DNA of 64,000 bases from the NCBI GenBank assembly GCA_038087875.1, contig CM075977.1, positions 248,124,001 to 248,188,000 of the forward strand. The letters are read 5' to 3'. This DNA comes from Malacoraja senta (Eukaryota). The translations under genes were made by a program, and so were the position numbers. The notes beneath the pieces were generated by a model. The model did no database searches. It was not told the origin of the DNA and saw only the letters and a list, made by a program, of their open reading frames with translations. Positions 13,913-26,046 of the stretch are shown here, piece by piece. Position 1 is the stretch's first letter. Each line of letters starts with the position of its first letter.

Positions 13913-14112
13913 NNNNNNNNNNNNNNNNNNNNNNNNNNNNNNNNNNNNNNNNNNNNNNNNNNNNNNNNNNNNNNNNNNNNNNNNNNNNNNNNNNNNNNNN
14001 NNNNNNNNNNNNNNNNNNNNNNNNNNNNNNNNNNNNNNNNNNNNNNNNNNNNNNNNNNNNNNNNNNNNNNNNNNNNNNNNNNNNNNNNNNNNNNNNNNNN
14101 NNNNNNNNNNNN
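13913..14112. other. Assembly gap (200 N)
   Basis: Run of N. Confidence 1.
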
Positions 14113-14251
14113 TGCCTTCAGGAATTGTTTCCAGGAATCATTTTGTTGCAAGTCATTTATAAATACCCTATATATGCGCTTGTTTGCTTTTTGTTGCTGA
14201 CATATGAAAGTGCTTCCTGCGGTGTGTATTAAACAGCTCTGAGCAAGGGGA

Positions 14252-14350
14252 GTCTGAAGAAGGGTCTTGTCCTGAAACGTCACCTATCCGTGTTCTCCAG
14301 AGATGCTGCCTGACCTGCTGAGTTACTCCAGCACCTTGTGTCCTTTTAAG
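14252..14350 (+). mobile_element. Penelope pLTR-derived unit with hammerhead core (14254-14281)
   Basis: ctgaaga-agggtcttgtcct-gaaa-cg-tc followed by the family body. Confidence 0.75.
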
Positions 14351-14990
14351 CAAAGACCCAGCACACATTGCAACTTTCCCCAGTATGTGTAATATTAAAG
14401 GACTTATTTAATTACGTGTCAGAAGCAAATGTTTACATTCTGTATCATTTCTGTGTGCCTTCGCTTCCCCCCCCCCCCCTTACAAAAATCCCTTAATCAC
14501 AAATTTAAAACATGTGTCAAAGCCCTGCAAGCACTTCCCACCTCCCATCCTCTTCCAAAACTCATCTTAAGTCATTTTGTTTTTCTATCCACTGACTCTG
14601 CTTGCCACATGAGCTAAGTCGAGACAGTCGGGTCAGGCAGCTCGGCAGCAAGGCGCCTGCTGGGACAGCTGACAGCTGAAATGATTTCTGCTGCAATGGA
14701 ATTTAAGTCTAATAAGCACCTATACATCTCTTTCTTCCCCACCTTTCCTGTATGCCCACAGCACAGGAGATCAAAAGACTTGCAGCGTGAATAAGGTGTG
14801 GGTGAACTATTTCGCTGCATTAGCATGAAAACAATGATTGCTTCCGTGGCGTATTAATTGCATATTTGTGTGACTTGTACTGACGTTAAGCCCAAGGAAA
14901 TGAAACAGTCCTGTGTCGTCAATTTGAGAGTGAGTTAATTTCTTTGTGTTGAAGTACAAAATGCTTCAAATACAAACACTATATTTATTT

Positions 14991-15120
14991 GTGTAGGAAC
15001 GAACTGCAGGTGCTGGTTTACACTGAAGATCGCCCCAAAATGCTGGAGTAATTTAGCGGGACTGGCAGCATCTCTGGAGAAAAGGAATGGGTGACGTTTC
15101 GGGTTGAGACCCTTCTTCAG
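14991..15120 (-). mobile_element. Penelope pLTR-derived unit with intact hammerhead core and 13-bp TSD
   Basis: Reverse complement ctgaagaagggtctcaacccgaaacgtc (15093-15120); actatatttattt at 14978-14990 and 15121-15133. Confidence 0.85.
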
Positions 15121-15269
15121 ACTATATTTATTTACCTTTTCATTTGCTTGGTCTGCTATAATGCATTGCTTTTCATATTGCAATGATTTAACGTCATCAT
15201 GTCATGATCCCATAGCTAAAACAAATATGTAAATATACTGCCTTCGTAAAACATGTCGAGCAGTAACTC

Positions 15270-15490
15270 ATTAGTAAAGCATTTGATAAAGTCCCTCATG
15301 GTAGCTTGATCTAGACGGTTAAGATTCACAGTGACTTGGTCATACAAATTCAGAAATGGCTTATTCATAGAAGACAGAGGGCTGTGGTGGAAAGGTGTCA
15401 GTCTAACTTGAAGTCTAGGACAAGTGGAGTTCTGCAGGGATCTGTGCTGGGACCTCTGTTGTTTGTGATGCATATAAATGGCTTGGACAA
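15270..15490 (+). mobile_element. Old CR1 RT fragment
   Basis: KAFDKVPHG and SGVLQGSVLGPLLFVMHINGLD. Confidence 0.75.
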
Positions 15491-16024
15491 AAAATGTTTG
15501 TGTATTAACCAGCATCTGCAGTTCATTGTATCTACCCAATAGGTGCCTATTTGTACCCATACGAACTCCTCAGTTAAGCCTTGGGATGCTCAAAAAAAGG
15601 TCAGGATTCCATTTCCTCCATGTGCTTCAAGTAGCAGTGCCTCATAGAGATGAATATGTTATTCAACAATAAGCTGCCATGTGATTATTGTGAGATTACC
15701 ATCCATCCCTACTGAATTTTGGTGGGTCAATATAATCTGCATGCTGACTGCAAGATGACCTGAAGTGTCTCATAACTTGCCTGAGAACTCTCCAACACTC
15801 CCCGATACCAGCTGATCACTTACACTTAGAGAGTTGGCAGGAATATCTTTTTCTAATCCAGGGGTCCGTAAGTCGTTGAGATGATAAAGCACCCAAAGCA
15901 CACCCAAGGTACAATCCAGTTCTCAAAAGACCAATTGTAATATCCAATAATGGGACAAAAGATTCCATATTGTAGGGTTGTATTTTAAAGAAATTTGCAC
16001 CAACAGTTAAATGAGGAGTGAGTA

Positions 16025-16152
16025 GTAAGGAACTGCAGATGCAGGTTTACACCGAAGATAAACACAAAATGCTGGAGTAACTCAGTGGGATAGGCAGCAT
16101 CTCTGGAGAGAAAGAATGGGTGACGTTTTGGGTCGGGACCCTTCTTCAGACA
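16025..16152 (-). mobile_element. Penelope pLTR-derived unit; hammerhead has G12>A
   Basis: Reverse complement ctgaagaagggtcccgacccaaaacgtc. Confidence 0.8.
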
Positions 16153-17444
16153 ATTAATTGAGGAGTTATTTTATAGGTTCTGAACCACCAACAGACCTCA
16201 GAACTTCTACATATATATAGTATAGTATAGTATAGTATAGTATAATATTTTAATGACCACACAGCCAAGCTGGTGGAATTTTTGGGTTGTCAGCAGCGAT
16301 ACAATAATAAGAACACACAACCACAATAAAAAAAATGTAACACAAACATCCACCACAGCATTCAACACTGTGGTGGAAGGCACTAAAATTTGGCCAATCT
16401 GTTTATTACCTTCCATGACTTAGGATATAGCAGGCAATCCGCCATCTGCACTTCGTTCTTTCAAACAACATCCCTGTAAAAATTGCTGTAAAAAAATTCC
16501 ACCACTGCCCAAACCTGCAAATCTTTGCAAAAGAACCAATGTAAATATGACGGGCAATTGCACTTACAAACATTCACACTGTACTTGTACTCTATGGTTA
16601 TCAATATGTGCAATAGTGCTTCAATGAGATGTAACCAGAGACCAAATGTTCGCCCATCTTCTGAAGCATAGCCCTATTACATTCTCATCTGATGCTTCTA
16701 CAGCACAATGACAGTGTGGTCTGACTCAGAAAATATGATGGCATTTGCGGGGTATCTTCTCCCATGAGTGATCATTTGCCTAAACATATCTGATGTATAT
16801 CCCACCATAAGATTCCTTCTTCCAACCAGCCTTTTGAATTATCCATATTGTCAGACTCTGTGCCAGTATGCGTGAATGTGAACGCCATTGGTGGATTGTG
16901 TTCTTCCTTGCCCTCCAGTTCTTCCTAGTTGGGAAGGCACTGGCTGTTGCCCATCCTGAACTTGCTCTAGTGAAATAAATTTGTTTCCATGACCTCAGAA
17001 TGTTACAATTGGAAGGGTTTGCGATCACTGCAGGGAAACATAGGTGATCAGGCTGTAAGAAGCTTTGGAAAAAGGATGGATTTGATGACAGGGATCAAAG
17101 AGAGCAGCACATCGATGAAGCAGAATAACTAAGTTTTGCCCTGCTCCTTGCCATGATGTCTTTCATTCTACTTTTGATCATGACCAATGCTACCTTCTCA
17201 ATGAAGAATGAGAGGGGAAAGATTAATAGGCATGGGTAAATAGGATGGTCAAGAAGGCGTTGTAACTGACCTCTGTTTTAGGTGGCCGATTAATTTGTTA
17301 TTACAAGGACATAAAAATAATGTTTTATTATTGCTGTGCTTGCTTTGCATGTTAAAGGTTCCCATGCGGTCTGTAGCCTTATAAGAACCTGCGGGGATCG
17401 CTGGTCGGTGTGGGCCTAAGGGCCTGTTTCTGTATCTCTAAACT

Positions 17445-18048
17445 AAAATGACATTGGCCTTCATCAGTCAAGGTATTGAGTATAAAAGATGGGATGTTAT
17501 GTTACAGTTGTACAAGACGTTGGTGAGGCCACATTTGGAGTATTATGTATAGTTCTGCTATAGAAAGGATGTTGTTAAGCTGGAAAGAGTGCAGAGAACA
17601 TTTACGAGGATGTTTCCAGGACTTGAAGGCCTGAGCCATAGGGAGACGTTGAGCAGGCTAGGACTTTATTCTTTGGAGTGCAGGAGGATGAGGGGTGATC
17701 ATATTGAGGAGTATCAGATCATGAGAGGAATAGATAAGGTAATTGCACAGAATCTTTTATCCAGAATAGGGGAATCAAGAACCAGGGGACATATGTTTAA
17801 GATGAGAAGGGAAAGATTTAATAGGAACCTGAGGGGTAACCTTTTCACACAGAGGGGGGTGGTGGGTATAAGGAATGAGCTGCCAGAGGAAGTAGTTGAG
17901 GTAGGTACTATGACAAAATGTAAAATAAATTTGGACAGGTACATTGATAGGAAAAGTTTAGAGGGATATGGGCCAAACTTGTATAAATGGGGTGTCTTAG
18001 TCGGCATGGGCAATTTGGGTCAAAGGCCCTGTTTCCATGCTGTAAGAC
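17445..18048 (+). mobile_element. CR1 LINE 3' fragment (older subfamily)
   Basis: ORF 17589-18161: QRTFTRMFPGL, RMRGDHIE, SRTRGH. Confidence 0.9.
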
Positions 18049-18359
18049 TAAGGGTTCTAAGGGTTGACTCAAAGGATCCTGACCCAAAATATCACCTAAC
18101 CATGTTCTCCAGAGATCTCCCTAAACTGCTGTCACTCCGTCACTTTATGCCATTTTTGTAAACCAGCATCTGCAGTTCCTTTTTTCTCCACCTTCTCAAT
18201 GGGATGGCCTCATGAAGTTAAGTCTAATATCCACATTGTCTGGTATTGATAAGTACTATTTTTCATAAGAACATAAGAAATAAAATAGCAAAGGAATGCT
18301 ATTTGTGCATGTTTCATCACTAAAAATCATGGCTGATCTTTTACCTCAATACTATGTAC

Positions 18360-18665
18360 TACAGAGGCATAGCTAGTAGGGGCCACTATCTCACAGCACC
18401 AGAGGTCCAGGTACAATGCTGACCTTGAATGCTGTATGTGTGTGGAATTTGCATGTTCGCCCTGTGACTGTGTGGGTTTCCATGCTCCGGCTCCCTCCCT
18501 CATCCCGAAGACATGTGGGTTGGTTAATTAACCACTGTAAATTGCCCCTAATATGCAGGACAGTGGTAGAAACTGGGGAAAGAGGGGTAGGATTACTATA
18601 AATGGGTGGTTAATGGTCAGAAAGGACTCAGTTAGCCATTGGGGTTGTATTCTATGCTGTATTCT
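18360..18665 (+). mobile_element. Decayed HE1-type SINE
   Basis: tgtgtggaatttgcatgttc..gtgggtttc..ctccctc core, similar to 29630-29938. Confidence 0.65.
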
Positions 18666-19639
18666 CGATGAGCTTATGTCTTTATAACTCAGTTCACCTG
18701 TACTTACCTCATACCCATTGATCTCCACGAGGTTCAAAAATCTATTGATCTTAGTCTTGAATAAATTCAACAACGGATTCTCCAAACACTCTTTGGTGCA
18801 GGTTTCCAAAGATTTACCACTATCTGGGTACAGCAAATAACACAAAACATACATAGAACATAACAACATAGGAATAGGCCCATCAATCCACATTGTCCAT
18901 GCCGGCCAAGATGCCAATTTAACCTTCACATTTACCTGATCATGGTCTATATCCCTCAACTTCCTGAATATTTATGTATCTGTCTAAATGCCTCATAAAC
19001 ATTGGTATCATATCTGTTTCAGCCATTTCCCCAGGCAGCATATCCAGCCTCCCCCCCCCCCCCCCCACCCCATCCCCACCCCCTCTATGAAAAAAACATG
19101 CCACATAAATTTCCTTTGAACTTTCCCCCTCTTACATTAAAGCAATGCCCTCTTGTATTTCACATTTTCACCTTGGAAAAAAACCCTCTATCTGCCTTGT
19201 ATGAGATGATCTCCCCTGACTATCTACCCTGGGAAAAAGACATTGACTATCTATCCTGTTTGATATTATCTATGCAGAGCCATACAGTCATAGAGACATT
19301 GAGCTATACAGCATGGAAACAGGCCCTTTGGCACAACTTGTCAATGCCAAATTGCCATTCTGGGCTAGTCCCATTTGCCTGTATTTGACCCATTTCCCTT
19401 GAAACCCTTCCAATCCATATATCTAAATGTTTTTTGAAAGTCATAATTATGTCCATGAAATTTCTTCTCACTTCAGTCCAGAATAGTTAACCTCTCATTT
19501 TGTGGCTCCAATTCCCAGTTCTATGTACCCTGCCAGGAGAAACATTATCCCTGCATCTGCTTTGTGCAGCCCCGTAAGAATTATAGATGCTTCAATGAAA
19601 TCGCCTCACATTCTTCTAAACACCAGAATATATAGCTCT

Positions 19640-19785
19640 GTCTGAAGAAGGGTCTCGACCCGAAACGTCACTCATTCCTTCTCTCCAGAGATGCTGCCTG
19701 TCCGCTGCGTTACTCCAGCTTTTTGTGTCTATCTTTTGTATCTATCTTCGGTTTAAACCAGCATCTGCAGTTCCTTCTTACACAC
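19640..19785 (+). mobile_element. Penelope pLTR-derived unit with intact hammerhead core (19642-19669)
   Basis: ctgaagaagggtctcgacccgaaacgtc; ends ..cagttccttcttacac. Confidence 0.85.
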
Positions 19786-20111
19786 ACAGTACCTGTACAT
19801 AGCTCCAGTTTTGTTAATCTCTCCTCATCAATGTGCCCATTCCAAAAATCAGACCGGTGAACCCTTGTTTCACTCCCTTAATCATTTGGTTGGGAAACCA
19901 CGCCCGTAGACAATATGGAGTCATAAGGAATTGCAAACTCTCGAATCTTGAGCAAAACAAAATTGCAGGACTAACTGAGCGGGTCAGCACCTGTGAAGGG
20001 AATGGACAGGCGATGTCCTGAAACATTGCGTATCCATTCCCTCCACAGATGGCGACTGATCCGCTAAGTTACTCCAACACTTTATGTATTCCTGTAGATA
20101 ATATTCCAGGT

Positions 20112-20241
20112 GTTTAAGAAGGAACTGCAGATGCTGGAAAATCGAAGGTACACAAAAATGCGGGAGAAACTCAGCGGGTGCGGCAGCATCTATGGAGCGA
20201 AGGAGATAGGCAACGTTTTGGGCCGAAACCCTTCTTCAGAC
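20112..20241 (-). mobile_element. Penelope pLTR-derived unit, second subfamily
   Basis: Reverse complement ctgaagaagggtttcggcccaaaacgttgcc; tccaggtg repeated on both flanks. Confidence 0.8.
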
Positions 20242-20859
20242 TCCAGGTGCAGAATTACCAGGGCTATTTACCATTGCTTAGCATTGCATAGCATGCCTTT
20301 ATGCTTGCATTCAAATCTTCTTGCACTTAAGGGCAACATACCATTTGATAACTAACTGCTAGCTGAATCTGGACATTACTTTTCAGTGATTCATATACAA
20401 GGATAGCTGAGTATCTTTGAGAACCAAAGGAAGAGAAAGTGTGGTGATTATGAATTAATGCACTTATCTGCCCATGTAATGCTGAACATAGCTGAAGAGC
20501 TGTAGGTAAAGTCAGTCAGATGATAACTGTGAAGTGCATAAATTAGATAATGTGAGTAGAATGTGGTTGAAGTAAGTTGCATTGGAAAGGGTTGGTGATA
20601 GTACAATTACCGTCAAGCGTGATTGTGTTGTGGGATCATACCGTAACCATTTTTGTCATTTTCTGCCCTATGTCCAAGGTGGAGCTCATAGCTGATCCTT
20701 AGGTGATTTCCTCCTCCATACATGACAAAAAGCTTTCTCCGTGGTTCTATATGCAGAGAAAATCCCTCCTCCATTCTCTTTACTCCAGTACGACACTAAG
20801 GGCTGCAGGGTCACTCTCTCTCTCTCTCTCTCTAGGTCTTTGAGACTTTCTTCCATGTT

Positions 20860-21091
20860 GGTTTCTCTCCCAGGCAGTGCATGCTACACACAGCTGCACA
20901 AAAATTGCATCTAATCAGTGCTTAAGTGCCAAACCTACAGTTGTTGGCTTCAGCGCCCCAAGGCAGGTTTAAATTATGATAATCATCAATTAGCCTGAAA
21001 ATTGCATGCTAAATCAAGATTTTCAAACAGGCGTTTCTGATTAGCACAACACCCATTTAGCGGCTGTTTTCACCCTTCGGCTAAAATAACT
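20860..21091. repeat. Candidate MER121-like ancient repeat / conserved non-coding element
   Basis: ctgaaaattgcatgctaaatcaagattttcaaacaggcgtttctgattagcacaacacccatttagcggctgttttcaccc resembles MER121 as I recall it; not verified. Confidence 0.5.
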
Positions 21092-23551
21092 CCCCCCCCC
21101 CCCCCCCCCCCCCCCCCCCCGATAATCTTGACATAGTTTCCACAGAATCTTAACCCACAACAAAAGCTGTGTATAATTGGGCAATCTCACTCAAGGAGAC
21201 CACTGGGTAACTGATATGGAATAGGGTAGAAATGTTACGCTTGTGCGTTAATAATAATTTTTCTGGGTTGCACAACAAGACATTGTTGATATAAGGGTTC
21301 ATAAGGACATAAGGAATAGGAGTAGAATTTGGCAATTCAGCCCATCAAGTCGTCTCCACCATTCAATCATAGTTGATCTATCTCTCCCTCCTAACCTCCC
21401 AAGGGTTGCTGCCAGCTTTTTGTGTCTATCTTTGGTTTAAACCAGCATCTGCAGTTCCTTCCTAAACATTATAAAACTCCTTCCTCAAAGAGATTGATTT
21501 TCAGAATGGTATCAATGATTACAGTAAATTCATATAATGCTGTAAAAATGGTTTATTCTTTGATACAAATGGTAACCACTGAGTCATTAAGAACTTAGTC
21601 TGGACATCAGCTAAGAATATCAAGACCACATTTTGACTTCTGTTCATAATTCAAACACTTTGCCTGTTGACTCAAAATTAAATTATCTGCCGCTCAGTTA
21701 AAGGCTTACACTGAACTCCAAAACACTTGTTTTAGTCATACGAATGAGCAAAGCATAAATAAAGCTATTGTGATTTCACCGTGTTATTTTTCACAATTGT
21801 GCCAACAAATTCTTGAAGCACACATCATTCTTTCAGAATGTATTTTTGAAAACTCTGAATACATTTGAACAATACATTCAGTAATACATATGTTTGTCTT
21901 AACAGTGAGATAAATCTAATGCAGCCAAATAACAGCAATCAACTTATTTTGACATGTGGAGCCCCTTGCTGCATCTTTGGATACTTTTGCCGCCTTATTA
22001 TGAAAGGGCTGGTCTAGAACTTCGTAAACGTCGAGTCCTCTCCGCACACTGATGGATTCCGTTGTTGTAGACTGTTTACCCAATGCAGATATCAAAAGAA
22101 AATTTATCAGGATCTGTAAACCTTCAGATCATTTCAGCCAGACTCCTGACAACTGCCAAGCCTCAATCTTAAAAGCAACAAAGCACCAAGAAGAGCAGAA
22201 AGTAAACCCCTGCGAGTGTATTATAATTGTGAGATTATATAAGAGGAAATTACTGGACGGGCACCCGCGGATGCTTTGAAGGTGCAGTGGCAGAGCCTGG
22301 GGTGTGTGGCGTCTGTTGATTGTCGGTCTGTCCAGCTTCGCAGGCCTTTGGGTCACAAACCCATTAAGACCTCATGTTAACAGCCTCAAGTTGAAACAAC
22401 ATCCACTTGTCTTTTTAAGGATGTAATTACGGTTTTGGGAGGGGGAAAACAGATTTTCCAAGTGTATTTTATATACATGATCTGCTTCAACCTGCTTAGA
22501 TCTGAACTATTAATGAATTAATGTTTTAGAGGTTCCATATGGCAACTGGCACCAGACAAAAGGAAGTTGAAAAAGGAGGCTAATTAATTAGGATGCATTC
22601 CTGCAAATGTTCACACTGTGTTATTAGTGTTGGGAATGTTGTGCAGGGTGTTATTATAGTTTTCTTTTGTTGTGGCATTTCATAAAAATGTTACAGAATA
22701 CTATTGTTAATTTTGCAGTTTGGTGATTAGGCAAGAGATAGGCATTCAGTGTTTCAAATGCTGAGAATAAAAGATTTTTTTAAATGAGTAAAATACATAT
22801 TACTGAAAAATTCAAAGCAGATCCTTACAGTGGGTGGAACATTAAGAGCACCAATATAGTCTCACTTTTTTGCATTGGTCAACCTTCAATGCAAGCAAGC
22901 ATTAAATTCCATTCAAACGTTCAACAAGGACCTGACACAAAGTACACGCACACTGATTGCCAAAGCAGCTTTAACATTATGTTAAAAAAATCTTTCAAGA
23001 GCATGAAATGAGGAGCAGCCCGTTCACTAACTATATTATGCAGTCTATAATGCCACAAATTTGCACAATACCATATGGAATCTCAATGAATGGCAGAAGA
23101 GGCTCACACACTTCACCCTGTGTTGCCCCCATGTATTCTAATATCATACTTCTCCATTGTAAAGCACATCATAGCACAAAGTTATGTGCAAACTCACAAA
23201 CTCCTTCATGTCATGTGATATAAACAATAAATGCATTATGATTGCCATTTACAATTATACTTCAAAGACTGTGACCTTTCAAGAAAGGGAATGTTTTCTT
23301 CAAAAACAACTTCTGAATAATGTTTTGAGATTGATAATGACTATAGTAGCCTCATTATATATCATGCTTAGCAACATGTATTTGACTCCAGGGCTACAAA
23401 GACAATGCAGAGTAATCACAGACCTCAAATTGCAGGGTAATACATGCTGCACATATTAATGAAAAAATTGGGTTGGGGCAAGTTATAATTTGTCACATAA
23501 AAGATTCAATTACTGCTGAATTAATTAAGAAAAACATTCAAAGATGTTTTC

Positions 23552-23650
23552 AATCTGAAGAAGGGTCTCGACCCGAAACGTCACCTATTCCTTCTCTCCA
23601 GAGATGCTGCTTGTCCTGCTGAGTTACTCCAGCATTTTGTGTCTATATTC
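23552..23650 (+). mobile_element. Penelope pLTR-derived unit with intact hammerhead core (23555-23582)
   Basis: ctgaagaagggtctcgacccgaaacgtc. Confidence 0.85.
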
Positions 23651-24694
23651 AAAGACATTGGTTGGGTTGCCGCTTGACAAAATCTTCAAGCTTGACAATT
23701 ATTTTGCAAGCGACTGTTAAATTAGCATGGTAAAATGAAAAATTATTACTAATTTATGGGAAAAAGGGATGGAAGATGATATATGTTTTGCCTATTTTTG
23801 GACCAATTTGACAGGCGGAGAACCGACGCATGAACAGCTCAAAGTTTCTGAAAAAAATTCAGTTTTTTAAAATGATGGGTCATATGCCCATAAATGACAT
23901 GTCACATATCACACATAGGTCACATCATGAGCAGAACCAGATTTAGACTTCTTATGATTGAGATGAGGTGCTAGGGAATAAATAATATTTTTATGTGTGA
24001 TGCATTGCCAACAGTATGTGCCCAATGCTGGCAGCTTACCTCAATACTGCCGCATTGAATTTGGGTTCAGAAACAGGCCCAGACTAATTGCTCCTCCAAT
24101 GCTATTTAACAAGTTGGAACTGATAACTCCCTCCTTGCAACCTTTAATGTGTGGAATAATAATTGGCTATAAGGCATCATAGTGGAGCCAAGATTAGTCA
24201 TCCTTACACCCTTACATCCTTACAGCATGCTGCTGAATAAAGGGGCAGCAAAAATGAACAATCTTGCACCAGGTGTTCCTGGAATCCTTGTCAACATTTC
24301 TCACTTCCCTAAAGCCACATTAAAAAATAAATTACTCACATCATTATTAAATTTGGATGTATTGTGTATGTGCATTTCCCTGCATTGACATGGTGCAAGT
24401 ATGTATGTGAACGGTGAAGATTGTCTGAGAGACAGGCCTATGAGGCAAAATTGAATTGTGTTGTAACCAGGTTCCAGTTTATTTGGCAGTTTGAGTGCAG
24501 AATTGTGTTCAAATTTGCTTTAAGTTACTTTTGCATGTTGCTGTGGAGTTTGCACTAATAAGCATTGGATAGCAAATAGCAACTACACTTACCAGAGGTA
24601 TGCAGAGCTGAAATCCTCTATAACTTGTAGGTTGGGTCAAAAGAATTGTGTATATTCATGGGTATTGGAAGGTAAATCCTATCTGCTTTGCATA

Positions 24695-25045
24695 GATAGA
24701 ATTGTGGAGTGACATAAACAGGCTCGTTGGCCATCAAGTCCACACTGACCATCAACAACCCATTTACACTAATCGAACATTAATCCCATTTTCATTCATC
24801 CCACATTCACATAGATTTCCTCCAGATTCTGCCACTCAACTACAATCTAGAGGCGATAGTTGCCAATTATCTATCAACCTGCACATCTTTGAGATGTGGG
24901 ACGAAACTGAAGCATTCGGTGGAATCCCATCTGGTTATAGGGAGAATGTGAAAACTCCACATAGAAAGCACCCAAGGTCAAGATTGAACACGTCCCTGAA
25001 ACTGTAAGGCAGATGCTCTACAAGCTCTGCTACCATGCTGCCTTA
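24695..25045 (-). mobile_element. Decayed HE1-type SINE
   Basis: Reverse complement of the HE1-type head and body. Confidence 0.7.
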
Positions 25046-26046
25046 TTGCTCTGTTCATGGCTGAACTTGAAAACACCAGCTACTACACCAGCTACTGCAT
25101 CAACCATTTTCTTCTAGTGGCACATATAGGCATATTGATGGATATTCCAGTGTGCTCCAGTGTGATTGGGAGGAGGAAGAGCTGGTCCAAAGTGTATGGC
25201 CAACTACAAGTAGAACCCAGCTGGAGTTTCAAGGGACTAGAAACCCTATAAGCACTTGATGGAGGAGCAATGCCTTGTGAAAAATTAAGGATGCCTATGA
25301 ATATCTCTGCCAGTTGATCTGCACAGGTCCTGAGGATGCGACAAGGGACTCCATCCGGACCTGTTGCTTGCCACAGATTCTCTCTCAAGAAAGCCGATCT
25401 TACATCTGCCACAGTAACCATTGTCCAACATGTGGATAAGTGTACGGCCTGCCCATGTAACATCATGAGTGTAACTAAAATCTCAATACTGGTGTTGTTG
25501 GTTTAATTATGCTTCAGATAATGCAGTAATAGCATTAGTACTATTTAACATGAGAGATTTGTGGAGGTGAGATGCAAGTTTGTGGCAATAAAGATGTAGT
25601 AAAGTTTAGGGCAATGGTACAGCCTTGTTTCTCACCGTTCTTTACTGCGATTGGTTCTGATGTACACCCATTGATTAATATAATGGCTCCTTGTATGCAG
25701 GAACTCAATAACACATCAGGTTTTCTGGTGACTGCACCCAAATTGTATTAAGGGCTTCACCTCAGAATGCTGGGTCGAGTGGTGATGTGACTAATAATCC
25801 AGAGTTATGGATTAACAATCCAGAGTTCTAAAACAAAATCATACCCTGGCCTCTGTGAATTTAAATTGTTTATAATCAGCCATTAAAAAGAAAGGAAAAG
25901 GATAGAAAAGAAAGGAAAATTATGAGAACATAAAGGGCGGATTTTAAAAATCCATCTGCTTCTCTTATGCTCTTCAGGTGCGAAGTCTGCTGTCTTTTTC
26001 TGGTCTAGTCTGTTTGCAAGTCCTGACTCACCAATCTGGTTGACTA

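Noticed and set aside
13822-14283. ORFs containing X runs
   Set aside because: Artefacts of the N gap.
16780-17028. Minus-strand ORF as a host exon
   Set aside because: More like a decayed RTE C-terminus remnant; too degraded to call.
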